Source: an uncultured Nitrososphaerota archaeon
GTDB lineage: Archaea > Thermoproteota > Nitrososphaeria > Nitrososphaerales > Gagatemarchaeaceae
DNA length: 64,000 bases
Reading direction: 5' to 3'
Assembly: GCA_963806765.1 (NCBI GenBank)
Contig: CAWDYS010000002.1
Location: 566,318-630,317 of the forward strand
Below the pieces are notes generated by a model that saw only the letters and a program-made list of their open reading frames with translations, made no database searches and was not told where the DNA came from. Shown here one piece after another: positions 1 to 10,026 of this stretch (position 1 is the first letter of the stretch; each line of letters begins with the position of its first letter). The position numbers and the translations under genes are program-made.

Positions 1-96
1 GTGAGCCTCTCTCAGACCGAAGACCCGGCCGAAACCATCCAAGAGTTGGTCCGCGTCGGAGAAGCGGTCAGGGCCCGCCCGAAAGACTTTAAGTAG
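1..96 (+). CDS. 3' end of an unidentified CDS entering from upstream (31 codons)
   Basis: Frame 1 is open from base 1 to TAG at 94-96. Too short to assign a family. Confidence 0.25.
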   Translation: MSLSQTEDPAETIQELVRVGEAVRARPKDFK

Positions 97-120
97 TGTC
101 AGAGACTCGGTGCGAAGAGT

Positions 121-504
121 TTGAGTCAAGAGATACCGCCTTGGTTGAGAGAACAGCTCACAAGGCTCGACAACCTGCAGCAGAACCTCCAGTCCGTCGC
201 GATGCAGAGGCAGCAGGTCGATGCGGAGCTCGCCGACGCCGAAAAGACTCTGGATGAGCTGAAGAACATCCCAGCGGAGGAACAGATCTACAAGTATGTC
301 GGCAGCCTGCTCGTCAAGGTCACCAAGGAAGCGATTACCAAGGAGCTGGAAGAGAAGAAGGACATCTCCAATACGCGGACGCTGGTCCTCAACAAGCAGG
401 AGTCCCGGCTCAAGGAAAACATAAAGGAACTTCAGACAAAGATCGACGAGTTGATCAAGGCACGCACCCAGGGAACCGCCCAAAGCTCGACCCAGGGTTC
501 CTAG
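121..504 (+). CDS. pfdB: Prefoldin beta subunit
   Basis: 127-aa coiled-coil/beta-hairpin/coiled-coil protein (LTRLDNLQQNLQSV...YKYVGSLLVKV...LQTKIDEL), typical of archaeal prefoldin beta. TTG start. Confidence 0.9.
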   Translation: MSQEIPPWLREQLTRLDNLQQNLQSVAMQRQQVDAELADAEKTLDELKNIPAEEQIYKYVGSLLVKVTKEAITKELEEKKDISNTRTLVLNKQESRLKENIKELQTKIDELIKARTQGTAQSSTQGS

Positions 505-576
505 AGCGCGTGACCACTCTCCAGCTCCCCGCGGAATTGGCCGACCCTCCTCCTGTCCCTATCGGCCGGTGAAAGC

Positions 577-1558
577 ATGGTCCTGACCCTACCTCCTGCA
601 GAGAACGTGAAGAAGGCCGCCATACTGTGCCACAGGCACGCGGACGCCGACACCTACCTCTCTGCCTACGCGCTCTCATACATGCTCGGAAAGCTCATGC
701 CCGCGGCAGAGGTCTCGATAATCATCCCTGACGGGATGAGCTCGCTCACCCAGAATCTCGCCGAGTCGTTCCCGCACACCAGCCGAGAAGAGAGCTCCGA
801 CTATGACCTCCTCATGGCGGTGGACATCGGTCACATGGAGCTGACTGAAGGACTGGAACGAGAAGCTGAGGAACAGCCGTGGGATGAAGGTGCTGGTCGA
901 CCACCACCCCATGCAGGAAGGGACTCCCTACGACCAGTTCGTCGTCGATACCACCGCATCTTCAGCGGCCGAGATAGTCTATCGGCTCTTCAAGGAGTTC
1001 GGCGTCGAGCCGGACCAGAATGTCTCCCAGGCTCTCCTGGTCGCCATACTCTTCGACTCTCAGCACCTCTCCATCGCTGGGGTCGGGACGCTCAAAGCCG
1101 TCGTCGAGCTGATCGAGCACGGGGCGAGCCTCGAGGATGCGAGGGCCATTCTCCGCTCCCCGCCCGACTACGGAGAGGTGATAGCGAAGCTCAAGGCGGC
1201 CAAGAGGTCCCGCATCTACAAGTGCGCCGGGTGGGTGATTCTCATAAGCACAGTCGGTTCCTTCCAGGCGAACGTCGCAAGGGCCTTCACTCACCTCGGG
1301 GCTGATGTCTCCCTTGTCGTGGGGGACTTCGATGGCGAACTGAGGGGAAGCCTGCGCGCGAACTATCGTTTCAACGCGGAGACGAAGATCCATCTGGGCA
1401 CGGATGTGGCCGAGGCCCTCTCCAGGGGGAGAGGCTATGGAGGAGGCCACCCGACGGCGGCGTCCTTCACCTGCTCCGCCGGAGAGGAGGAGATGATCAA
1501 GGAGTTCCTTGCCCTGATTGGAAAGCTTCTCAACGAGTCGCCGACCGAGATCAAGTAA
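577..1558 (+). CDS. DHH-family phosphoesterase (NrnA/RecJ-like), frame broken once near 870-885
   Basis: N-terminal ORF 577.. has HRHADADT and MAVDIGH motifs. ORF 884..1558 continues with VLVDHHP (DHH motif) and GGGHPTAAS (DHHA1 motif). The two halves lie in different frames. Confidence 0.8.
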
Positions 1559-2240
1559 CCGGATTGTCTTTCTTCTGGAGATAGGTAAGAATCCAGAGCC
1601 TTCTCCCGGCGACTCGCGTGTTCTGGACCTGCGGGAGGCTCACGATGCCGTAGGATGCGACCGATACGAAGAGGAACTGAAGCGCGTTGAAGACGGCCGT
1701 CATCGAGAGGATGAGGACGAGTGCGTTCGAGTCGCTCAGGACGACCCCGATCAGCTTGAACGCTCCGGAGACGTAGGCGATTATCCCCGAGAGGGTGTAC
1801 AGATAGACGATAAGGAGGTAGTTAGGCAGGGTCATCGCAATGGCCCTGAGCGTCAGACCCAGCGCCGCCCCCAGCCCTATCGCTTTTCCGATCGTCGGTC
1901 TTCTCATCCTGCGTACCACCACGAGCCCTATCCCGACCCCGGTCAGCGAAGAGAGTATCGCGATCAGCTTCAACTCGGGACCAAAGAAGGCCACGTTCTG
2001 ACCTATGGTCATCAGCGTGGCGAACTCTATGAAGGCCGAGACGAGTGCCGGGACGGGGCCGAAGATGAAGAATGCCAGAAGGATTGCTATCTCCCCCAGA
2101 TCGAACTGCAGGTACGGCACCACGGGAAAGTTTAGGCCTAGGGCCTGGGATATGGTAGTGAGGACGACTGCGAGAGCGCCGAAGACCGCCATGCCCGCCA
2201 GTGACCTGCTGTCCAGTCCAACCCGGGTGTAACTCGACAC
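1551..2240 (-). CDS. ECF-type transporter substrate-specific (S) component, multi-pass membrane protein
   Basis: 229-aa hydrophobic protein with about 6 predicted helices, divergent from the ecfA1-ecfA2-ecfT operon. The family call rests on context and general sequence character. Confidence 0.6.
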   Translation of the reverse strand: MSSYTRVGLDSRSLAGMAVFGALAVVLTTISQALGLNFPVVPYLQFDLGEIAILLAFFIFGPVPALVSAFIEFATLMTIGQNVAFFGPELKLIAILSSLTGVGIGLVVVRRMRRPTIGKAIGLGAALGLTLRAIAMTLPNYLLIVYLYTLSGIIAYVSGAFKLIGVVLSDSNALVLILSMTAVFNALQFLFVSVASYGIVSLPQVQNTRVAGRRLWILTYLQKKDNPVT

Positions 2241-2402
2241 GCCCGCGGCCGCTCTAACCAGTCTAATAACATTTTGGTAATAACCAAATACTTAGTAATA
2301 GCCCTCCGGGGGTGCGGCGCATGATGGACATGAGGGCCGCCAAAGGGTTATCTTGCGTCTGCACGCCCCGTGCCCGTCGCGCTTTAACGCTCGCCTGACA
2401 CA

Positions 2403-3251
2403 GTGATAAAATTGACCACCCTGCTCCGCATCGAGGACCTCTCGTTCCGCTACATCGACACGGAGAGGTGGGCGGTGGACCAGGTCAGTCTGGAAATCGA
2501 GGAGGGGACTATCAACGTCCTCGCCGGCCAGAGCGGGTGCGGCAAATCGACGCTCCTCAGGTGCATGAACGGGCTCATCCCGCACATGTATCCCGGCGAG
2601 TATCGGGGCAGCATAACAATTGACGGGGCGACCGTGGACAAGACGAAGATGGGAGACCTCGCCCAGAAGGTCGGCCTCCTGTTCCAGAACCCCGAGAACC
2701 AGATATTCATGTTTTCCGTTGAGAGGGACATAGCGTTCGGCCTTGAGAACTTCGGGCTCCCGAGGGAGGAGATCAGGAAGAGGGTCGATGAGGCCATGAG
2801 CCTGCTCGGGATCACCCCCCTCGCGCTCAAGGCGCCCCACGAGCTCTCGGACGGCCAGAAGCAGAGGGTGGCACTGGCTGGGGTGATCGCCATGAGGCCG
2901 AGGCTGATCATCCTCGACGAGCCCACCTCCCTGCTCGACCCCCAGACGGCATCGGAGCTCGTGGCCCTCGTGCACAGGCTCAACCAGGAGCTGGGGATTA
3001 CCTTCGTAATCGTCGAGCACCGGCTCGAGCTCCTGACCCGGATCGCAGACAAGATCATTGTCATGGACAGGGGTCGCAAGGTGATGGAAGGGCGCCCGTC
3101 AGAGGTCCTGACGGACCCACAGGCGGCTGGCTACGGAATAGCGGTTCCACCCGTCTCGATGCTGTACGCTGAACTCAGGAGGGACGGCATCGACCTAGGC
3201 AAGGTCCCTTCGACCCCGCGGGAACTCGCGGAGGAGGTCAACGGGGCTTGA
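2403..3251 (+). CDS. ecfA1: ECF transporter ATPase component (CbiO/EcfA family)
   Basis: Walker A GQSGCGKST, signature LSDGQKQRV, Walker B LIILDEPTS. Confidence 0.9.
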   Translation: MIKLTTLLRIEDLSFRYIDTERWAVDQVSLEIEEGTINVLAGQSGCGKSTLLRCMNGLIPHMYPGEYRGSITIDGATVDKTKMGDLAQKVGLLFQNPENQIFMFSVERDIAFGLENFGLPREEIRKRVDEAMSLLGITPLALKAPHELSDGQKQRVALAGVIAMRPRLIILDEPTSLLDPQTASELVALVHRLNQELGITFVIVEHRLELLTRIADKIIVMDRGRKVMEGRPSEVLTDPQAAGYGIAVPPVSMLYAELRRDGIDLGKVPSTPRELAEEVNGA

Positions 3252-4063
3252 GCCTCATCGAATTCAAGAACGTGACCTTCACGCACCAGAACGGCACCAC
3301 AGCTCTGAAGGACGTCAGCCTCTCCATCGACAAGGATGAGATGGTTGGCGTGGTGGGGGAGAACGGAGCCGGGAAGACCACTCTGGTGAAGCACATCAAC
3401 GGCTTGCTGAAGCCGACGGCAGGGTCTGTCTGGGTAAACGGGAACGACACGCGGGAGGTCAGCACGGCGCAGCTCGCCCGCAACGTGGGAATCGCGTTCC
3501 AGAACCCCGACCACCAGCTCTTCTCGGACAGCGTGGAGAACGAGATCACCTTCGCGCTGAGGAACTTCGGCTTCGACGCCGCGCTTATCGAAAAGCGACT
3601 CCAATGGGCGCTGGGCTTCTTCGGGCTCGAGGAGTACCGAAAATCGTCGCCGCTGATACTCAGCGGCGGCGAGAAGAAGCGACTGACCCTGGCCTCGATC
3701 CTGGCGTGGGACCCGGACGTGGTCGTGCTCGACGAACCCACGGTCGGTCAGGACGCCATACAGAAGGAGAAGTTGGCAGGGATTGCCAGGATGCTCCACT
3801 CATCAGGAAAGACGATCATCATAGTCTCGCACGACGTCGAGTTCCTCTGGACCCTCCAGCCCCGGCTCGTGGTGATGAGCAAGGGAGGAATCGTCGGCGA
3901 CGGACCCTGCTCGACGGTGATGCGTGACAGACCTCTCCTGCAGAGCGCGAGGGTCTCGCAGCCCCAGCTTGTCCAACTCTACGGCGACCTGCTGGTGAGA
4001 CCCGAGAGCCCATTCCTGGACGTCCTTCAGGCCAGGAGCTGGATAGGGAGGGAGAGAAGCTAG
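3248..4063 (+). CDS. ecfA2: ECF transporter ATPase component (second copy)
   Basis: Walker A GENGAGKTT, signature LSGGEKKRL, Walker B VVVLDEPT. Overlaps the ecfA1 stop by 4 nt. Confidence 0.9.
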   Translation: MSLIEFKNVTFTHQNGTTALKDVSLSIDKDEMVGVVGENGAGKTTLVKHINGLLKPTAGSVWVNGNDTREVSTAQLARNVGIAFQNPDHQLFSDSVENEITFALRNFGFDAALIEKRLQWALGFFGLEEYRKSSPLILSGGEKKRLTLASILAWDPDVVVLDEPTVGQDAIQKEKLAGIARMLHSSGKTIIIVSHDVEFLWTLQPRLVVMSKGGIVGDGPCSTVMRDRPLLQSARVSQPQLVQLYGDLLVRPESPFLDVLQARSWIGRERS

Positions 4064-4805
4064 ATGTACTGGATAGCGGGCGGTTTCCTCTTCCGCAGGG
4101 TGATCTCCCCCTTCCACAAGCTCGACCGCGCGAATCAAGCTCACGGTCTCCATCGAGTTCTTCACCCTGTCTCTGGTCGCGTCGCAGATAATCTCGATCG
4201 CCACCGTGCTCGTCTCGATCCTCGCGATCGCGGTCCTCGCGAGGTCGCTCAAGAGGATAGGAAGGACCATGGCCTTCTCTCTCCTCTTCGCCTGCTTCAT
4301 CTTCGGCATCAACCTAGTCTTCGGGCTCGGGCTGCTGAAGTCGGTCACCTATGCCATGCGCTTCCTGGCGATAATCAGCTCGACGAGCCTGTTCTTCGTC
4401 ACCACCTCTCCCGACGAGCTGGAACAGATCATGAAATGGATGAAGATCCCCCGCGACGTGGTCTTCGCCTTCGTCACCGCGGTCAGGTTCATCCCCGTCG
4501 TGATGCTCGACACGTTCCAGATCATGGACGCCCAGAAGTCGAGGGGGCTCGAGCTTGAGAAGGGCAACCTGATCGCCCGCGTCCGAAACATGGTCCCGAT
4601 TCTGATTCCTCTCGTCGTCAACTCCGTGATCAGGAGCGGCGAACTGGCCGAGGCCATGGAGTCGAGAGGATACGGCTCGACCCCCCACCCCACCTCGCTC
4701 TACCGGATGAAGCTGAAGTGGTACGACTGGACCGTCTTCGTCGTCAGCGTCGTGGGCTTCGGTGTAGCACTGTATATCTACCACTTCCAACACTTTCCTT
4801 TCTGA
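4064..4805 (+). CDS. ecfT: ECF transporter transmembrane T component (CbiQ/EcfT), one frameshift about 4140-4205
   Basis: The N-terminus in the frame of ATG 4064 (SPFHKLD...) switches to the frame of ORF 4206..4805 (membrane helices, ...AQKSRG...). Position after the two ATPases fits. Confidence 0.8.
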
Positions 4806-5491
4806 TGATTCCCCCGCGGGTGGTCGTGGACGAGAGGGAGAGGAACAGCGGCGTCCCGGAGCAGCTCTCGAAGCTCAACATCAGGGTCTACTTCAGTCGG
4901 CTGCACACCGCCGACTATGTGATCAGTCCGGAGATTGCCGTCGAGAGGAAGGCACTCCCTGACTTCGTGTCGTCGGTCTACGACGGCAGGCTGTTCGCCC
5001 AGGCCTCGGCGATCTCGAGCTCCTACAGGAAGCCCTACCTGATTGTCGAGGGCGACATCAAGGAGCTGGCCGGGTTGACGAAGAACATCAACTCATACTA
5101 CGGGGCCGTCGCCTCGGTGACCCTCGCCTACGACCTCAGGGTCATCCACACGGCCGACCCGGCGCAGACCGCCTCGGCCATTTCCGCGTTGATCCAGCAC
5201 AGCCGCGCCAGACCAGTTCCGCTGGGGACCATGGCCGCGGCCCCGAAGGCGAAGGACGAACCACAGCAGCAACTCTATCTCGTTTCGTCGCTACCCGGGG
5301 TCGGAATGAAGCTCGCTCGGAGGATGCTCTCAAGGTACGGCACGCCCCGGAAGATAATGGGCCTCACAGAGTCCCAGCTCGCCATGGTCCAAGGGCTCGG
5401 GTCCAGGAGGGCCGCCAGGATTGCCCACATGCTCGACGCGACCTACGCCACGTCCGGCGGCGGCGCGCCCAAACAGGAGAGGCTGGAATGA
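4805..5491 (+). CDS. xpf: Short-form XPF/ERCC4-type structure-specific nuclease with C-terminal HhH2
   Basis: VVVDERERNSGV...ADYVIS...AVERK (ERCC4 nuclease motif) and LPGVGMKLARRML...VQGLGSRRAARI (tandem helix-hairpin-helix). ATG 4805 overlaps the ecfT stop (ATGA). No helicase domain. Confidence 0.8.
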   Translation: MIPPRVVVDERERNSGVPEQLSKLNIRVYFSRLHTADYVISPEIAVERKALPDFVSSVYDGRLFAQASAISSSYRKPYLIVEGDIKELAGLTKNINSYYGAVASVTLAYDLRVIHTADPAQTASAISALIQHSRARPVPLGTMAAAPKAKDEPQQQLYLVSSLPGVGMKLARRMLSRYGTPRKIMGLTESQLAMVQGLGSRRAARIAHMLDATYATSGGGAPKQERLE

Positions 5492-6124
5492 AGAGCATCG
5501 CCATCATAGGGGGTACCGGGGACCTCGGTCTGGGTCTGGCCGCCAGGCTCGCCAGAACCTACCAAGTCACCATTGGGTCGCGCGACGCGTCCCGGGCCGC
5601 CGAGGCCGCGTCGAAGACCTCTGTGCTCTCCGGGACCAAGGTCTTCGGCGAGGAGAACGGGGCCGCTGCGCGCGGCTCTGAGATATCCATACTGGCCATC
5701 CCGAACCTGCCCTCGGACGATGCACTGATTTCGCTGAAGCCGGACGTGGCCGGGAAGCTGGTGGTTTCTCCAATCGTCCCCATGGAGTTTCGTGACGGTC
5801 TCTTCACGCCCACACTCCAGTCAGGGTCGGCGGCCGAGAGGGTCGCCTCGCTGTTGGGCACGAGGGTAGCCGGCGCGTTCCATATGGTACCAGCTGCGCG
5901 ACTGCTCGAAGTAGACAAGGAGGCTCGACTACGACGTGCTGGTCACGGCCGATTCAAAGGAGACGTACGCGGAGACGGCCGAGATCGTCTCGAGCATCCG
6001 CCGGCTCAGGCCCCTCTACGCGGGGCCGCTGTGGAACTCGAGGATGGTCGAGGGAATCACTCCGAGCCTCCTCAACGTCGGGAAGCTCAACAAGATCCGG
6101 CACCCTTCGATTAGGATCGTCTGA
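5488..6124 (+). CDS. npdG: NADPH-dependent F420 reductase family protein, one frameshift about 5915-5935
   Basis: Rossmann N-terminus IAIIGGTGDLGLGLAARLA. The C-terminal part continues in ORF 5936..6124 (LVTADSKETYAETAEIV...). Confidence 0.75.
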
Positions 6125-6653
6125 CCCGCACTGCGCCCTCCATCAAGCGCCTTCCCATCCCCGAGTAGAGGACGGGACGGTAGAGTCTGAACGACCAGTA
6201 CTCCCTGAAGTCCCCGATGGCTCTCGCCTCCACGACCTCTGCCACCAGGAGTTCGTGGTCGCCGAACGGCTTCACCCCGGCGAGCGTGCACGTGAGGTAC
6301 GCAGATGCCTCCTCGATGACCGGGATCTCGGGCGAACCCTTGAGGGCGTAGTGCAGCCCGGCGGCCCTGAGCTTGTCTGCGGTCCCGGACCCAGAGGTGG
6401 TCCCCAGCGCCTCGACCGCCGAGGCGTATCGCCTGTCGAGCCAGGACACGGACAGGCACCCTGCGCTGACCACGGCTTCATGGGTGGCGTGGGATGGAGA
6501 AGACGAGATTCCAATCAGTGCGGGCTCGCTGGAGAGCGAGATGACCGAGACCGCAGGCATCGCAGACACCCTCCCCTTGTGTGAGGCGGCCACGACCACC
6601 GGGACGGCCGGATAGAAGAGACGGTAGACCTTCGAGGCTGCGACCCTTTTCAT
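6111..6653 (-). CDS. Flavin reductase-like FMN-binding domain protein
   Basis: 180 aa with the split-barrel flavin reductase pattern (YPAVPVVVAASHKGR...MPAVSVISLS...GDHELLVAEVV). Confidence 0.8.
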   Translation of the reverse strand: MKRVAASKVYRLFYPAVPVVVAASHKGRVSAMPAVSVISLSSEPALIGISSSPSHATHEAVVSAGCLSVSWLDRRYASAVEALGTTSGSGTADKLRAAGLHYALKGSPEIPVIEEASAYLTCTLAGVKPFGDHELLVAEVVEARAIGDFREYWSFRLYRPVLYSGMGRRLMEGAVRVRRS

Positions 6654-6677
6654 GCGAGATGGAACGAGCGCCGTCTC

Positions 6678-7460
6678 TTAATTCTTTGGCGGCGGGATTG
6701 CGTATCCGGACCTTCTGGCGCCCCTTGTGATCGTCCAAGCAATCAGGAAGAACCCGAGTGAGATGGCAAAGATTAGCCCCTCATATTCCCAGAGCGGGAT
6801 CTCCTGCGCGAAGGGGACCGTCATGTCGAGGAGACCCATCGGGAGCGCGACGAGGAAGTACGCTCTTCTGCGCATGTACGCCGCAAGGACGCAGAGGTAT
6901 CCCCATGAGAAGTGGGCGAGCAGGGACGAGATTCGTTCAAGGACTCCGAACGCTATGGGGAGCGCGAGCTGCTGCGGGGAGTAGAAGACTGACGGCTCGG
7001 AGTTGACGATCGTCTGATACACCGAGGCCGGAATGAGACCCTCGGCAATCAGAAGGTAGGTCGTGACAAGGTTGAAGAGGGTAAGCGCACCGAGAAGTAC
7101 CCCGTTCTCCCAGAAGGCCAGAGATATCCCGTACGCTTCGCCGTCGGCTCCCTCCATCCTCTTCCGTGAAATCGCGTACCTCGCCACGAGGTAGGCGAGG
7201 CCCACCTCGAAGACCGAGGTCTGGACGCCGTAGTAGACGCCCGTCTGCCAGCTGGCCGAGCCGAACGTCGAGGTTACCCCGCCGGCGGTAAACGCCTGGA
7301 CTATCTCCTTCAGGGCTATTGCGCCAGCGTACGCGATGAACGAGAACAGCAGGACGGTGACTGCAAACCTCCTCTTGAGCCTCCAGTAGATTATCAGTCC
7401 GGCACTGATTACGATGAAGACCACCGGCTCGATGAACAGGAAGGGGTCGATGTTCTGCAT
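6678..7460 (-). CDS. Polytopic membrane protein (possibly YhfC/DUF2324-like)
   Basis: 260 aa with about 7 hydrophobic helices. Family assignment is weak. Confidence 0.55.
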   Translation of the reverse strand: MQNIDPFLFIEPVVFIVISAGLIIYWRLKRRFAVTVLLFSFIAYAGAIALKEIVQAFTAGGVTSTFGSASWQTGVYYGVQTSVFEVGLAYLVARYAISRKRMEGADGEAYGISLAFWENGVLLGALTLFNLVTTYLLIAEGLIPASVYQTIVNSEPSVFYSPQQLALPIAFGVLERISSLLAHFSWGYLCVLAAYMRRRAYFLVALPMGLLDMTVPFAQEIPLWEYEGLIFAISLGFFLIAWTITRGARRSGYAIPPPKN

Positions 7461-7600
7461 CGGACCGGGCAGCGCGGGGTCGCGGGATTAAGGATTCTCC
7501 TGTCTCGTGCCGCCGGATGAGTTCTTCTTCATCATCGTCCTCTCGCCCCTACGAACTGACTGCGCCAATGCTATGGAATAGGAAGAACCCACTGGAATTG

Positions 7601-7608
7601 TATATATC
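7601..7608 (+). promoter_or_regulatory. TATA-box-like element upstream of the Lrp/AsnC-like gene
   Basis: TATATATC in an AT-rich patch 42-49 nt upstream of ATG 7650. Confidence 0.35.
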
Positions 7609-7649
7609 ACATGGGGGAGCGCTCCTCAGGGCGGGTTTGAAGCAGTAAG

Positions 7650-7884
7650 ATGCCGAGAGCGTTCGTCATGATAAACGTCAAGGTGGGCACGGACAAGGAT
7701 GTCGTCAGCGAGCTCAAGACCTTCAAGTACGTGGAGAAGGTCTACGAGGTCTACGGCGTCTACGACATAGTGGCCGAGGTCAAGGTGAGCAGCATGGAAG
7801 AGGCTCAAGGAGACGGTGAACTCGGACATGAGGAAACTGAAGAACGTGCTGGCCACCAACACCATCATCGTCACAGGAACCTAG
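7650..7884 (+). CDS. Lrp/AsnC-type ligand-binding (RAM) domain-only protein, one frameshift near 7800
   Basis: MPRAFVMINVKVGTDKDVVSELKTFKYVEKVYEVYGVYDIVAEVKV. After a 1-nt shift it continues ...RLKETVNSDMRKLKNVLATNTIIVTGT* (stop 7882-7884). Confidence 0.7.
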
Positions 7885-7905
7885 ACGCTCCTCACGGGCC
7901 CCATT

Positions 7906-8972
7906 CTACGGCCTGAGGATGGCTCTTCCCATCACTTCTCCCTTCTCGAGCCTCTGAAGGACCGCGTTCGCATCCTCGAGTGGATACTCGGCCGACACCA
8001 CCGGCCTCACCGCGCCCGCCGCGGCCAGCCGGACCACCTCTGAGAGCTCGCCGAGGGTCCCCGTAAAGCTCCCGAGGATCTCGCGCGCCCTTCAGAGGGA
8101 AGAGGGGCAGGGGGAACGATGCGGCGCCCCCGAAGAGCCCAACCAGCACGAGCCTCCCCTGTTTGGTCAGCATCTCGAATCCCATGGTGCTGGTCGAGGG
8201 GTTGCCGACAAAATCGATCACTGCGTCAGCACCCCTCCCACCGTTGATATTGGTTATCTCTGAGATCAGGTCCACCTTGTTCCGTCCCGAGGAATCGATG
8301 GTCTCGTCGGCACCGAGCTCAGAGGCGAGACTTCAGCTTCGATGGGTGAACGTCCAGGACCACCACCCTCGCATCGGTCGTCTTCTTGGCTAGCTGCACC
8401 GCCGTCGTCCCGAGGCCACCAGCTCCCACTATGACGAGCAGGTCGCCCCTCTTCAGGGCGCACTTCCTCAGGGCGCTGAACGCGGTGAGACCTGAGCAAG
8501 CGAGCGGCGCCGCCTGCGAGGGGTCCAGGCCTGCGGAGGGCACAAGGTAGCGCGGGTCAGGGACGCGGACGTACTCGGCGTACCCTCCATCGCGGAAGAT
8601 CCCGAGACTCGCCGGCCTGACCTCGCAGAGGTTCTCGTACCCTGCGACGCACTTCCTGCAATTCCCGCAGCCAAGCCAAGGGTAGACGACCACACGGTCT
8701 CCTTCCCTGAGAGGCGTGTTCTTGGAGCCCCCTAGGTCGACCAAGACTCCCGCAATCTCATGCCCCGGAGTGATTGGGAGTCGTATGCCTCTGTCGGCCA
8801 TCCGGAGAAGGTTGCCCTCGCCCAAATCGTACGACCCCGACACGATGTGCACGTCGGTGTGGCAGACCCCTGCCGCCTCAACCCTGACGAGGACCCCCTC
8901 TTCGGTCTCTGGTAGACCGATTTCCTCGAGCCTGAGAGGGGCTCCGTATTGCTCCAGCCTCATCGCCTTCAA
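7906..8972 (-). CDS. Zn-dependent alcohol dehydrogenase (MDR superfamily), at least two frameshifts
   Basis: N-terminal part GVCHTDVH, PGHEIAG, GCGNCRKC (structural Zn), VGAGGLG (Rossmann). The C-terminus, recovered by hand translation, ends ...LEKGEVMGRAILRP* (stop 7906-7908). Confidence 0.85.
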
Positions 8973-9041
8973 GGGTGTTGTCTCCTCCGCCGCCGCTAAT
9001 GAACTAGTGCGCTAGGTTTACTGGAGGACTCGGTCTGCCTG

Positions 9042-9434
9042 CTAGGCTTGCTCGTCGATGTCCTTCTTCATCTGGTCGAACTGTTCTTTGGTTATCTCTC
9101 CGCGCGCGTACCTGCGCTTCAGAATCTCCTTCGCACCTCCGCCGTAACCCCAGTGGTTGCGACCGTAGCCTCTCCTCCACCCCCATCCCCAGAAGATCCA
9201 GCGGAAAGCGAATAGTGCGATGAAGATGAACAGCAGGAAGCCGAGCGGGAAGAAGAAAAAGTACGTTCCCATGTAGTACGGTCCGGGTCCCGGATACCCT
9301 CGCATTACCCCCCTGAAGAGGAAGGGGACGACGAAGATACCTATCAGCAGCAGAATCAGGATTCCCCCGAATATCCACCTTACGAAGCCTCTTCTCCTTG
9401 GACCTGCCAATGTTGACAATCTTTCGCTTGTCAT
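9042..9434 (-). CDS. Membrane protein with C-terminal SHOCT domain
   Basis: Two hydrophobic helices, then AKEILKRRYARGEITKEQFDQMKKDI (SHOCT-like). Start set at ATG 9434, because the longer track ORF reads through the AT-rich intergenic region. Confidence 0.65.
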   Translation of the reverse strand: MTSERLSTLAGPRRRGFVRWIFGGILILLLIGIFVVPFLFRGVMRGYPGPGPYYMGTYFFFFPLGFLLFIFIALFAFRWIFWGWGWRRGYGRNHWGYGGGAKEILKRRYARGEITKEQFDQMKKDIDEQA

Positions 9435-9487
9435 CTCGGCCTCACTACCTACGGGTTCGTAGACGGTGTAATTAAGTATATTGGAAA

Positions 9488-9546
9488 ATCGATATTGGTA
9501 AAGCGATTTTACTGAAACATATAAAAAGTCGGTATTTCGATATCCG
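9488..9546. promoter_or_regulatory. AT-rich divergent promoter/operator region with CGATAT half-sites
   Basis: ATCGATATTGG and TTCGATATCC flank ACATATAAAAAG between the SHOCT gene (-) and padR (+). The same GATATC motif lies upstream of the second padR at 26329-26352. Confidence 0.4.
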
Positions 9547-9557
9547 AGGGACGTAAC

Positions 9558-10026
9558 ATGTGGCCTTTCCGATGGATGATGCACAGGAAGCGGGGACTGA
9601 GGATGGTTGTGGTCTCGATGCTCTCAAACTCGCCCAAGAACGGCGTGGAGCTGATGGATGAGATGGAGAAGATGACCCAGGGCTGGTGGAGACCGTCCCC
9701 TGGATCGGTCTACCCCCTGCTCGAGCAGACTCACGAATGAAGGGCTGATCCGAAAGAGGGAGGACGGCAGGTACGAGCTCACAGAGAAGGCGAGCGAGGA
9801 GCTGGAGTGGTCCTTTGGCCCATCCTTCAGAAAACAACCGTCCATGGAGGAGATGATGAACGAGATCAGCGGCTTCGTATCCTACTTCGAGGAAGTGAGC
9901 AAGACCGACCGGGCGAAGACCGCCCAGTACTCCGAGAAGGCGAAGGAGGCTCGCGGACAGGCTCTCCGCTGCGGCGAAGCAGTCCTCAGAGAAGGCGTGA
10001 GGGCGAAAGTCGCCCTCCATCCCTAG
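9558..10026 (+). CDS. PadR-family transcriptional regulator, one frameshift near 9725
   Basis: [31 protein letters not shown] matches the PadR wHTH core. Continues in shifted frames ([19 protein letters not shown]..., final part = ORF 9844..10026). Paralogous to 25810..26304. Confidence 0.8.

Noticed and set aside
2292-3020. 242-aa minus-strand ORF (and 2450..3079) antisense to ecfA1
   Set aside because: R/G/P/E-rich shadow ORF of the kind expected in high-GC DNA. The plus strand carries unmistakable ABC ATPase motifs.
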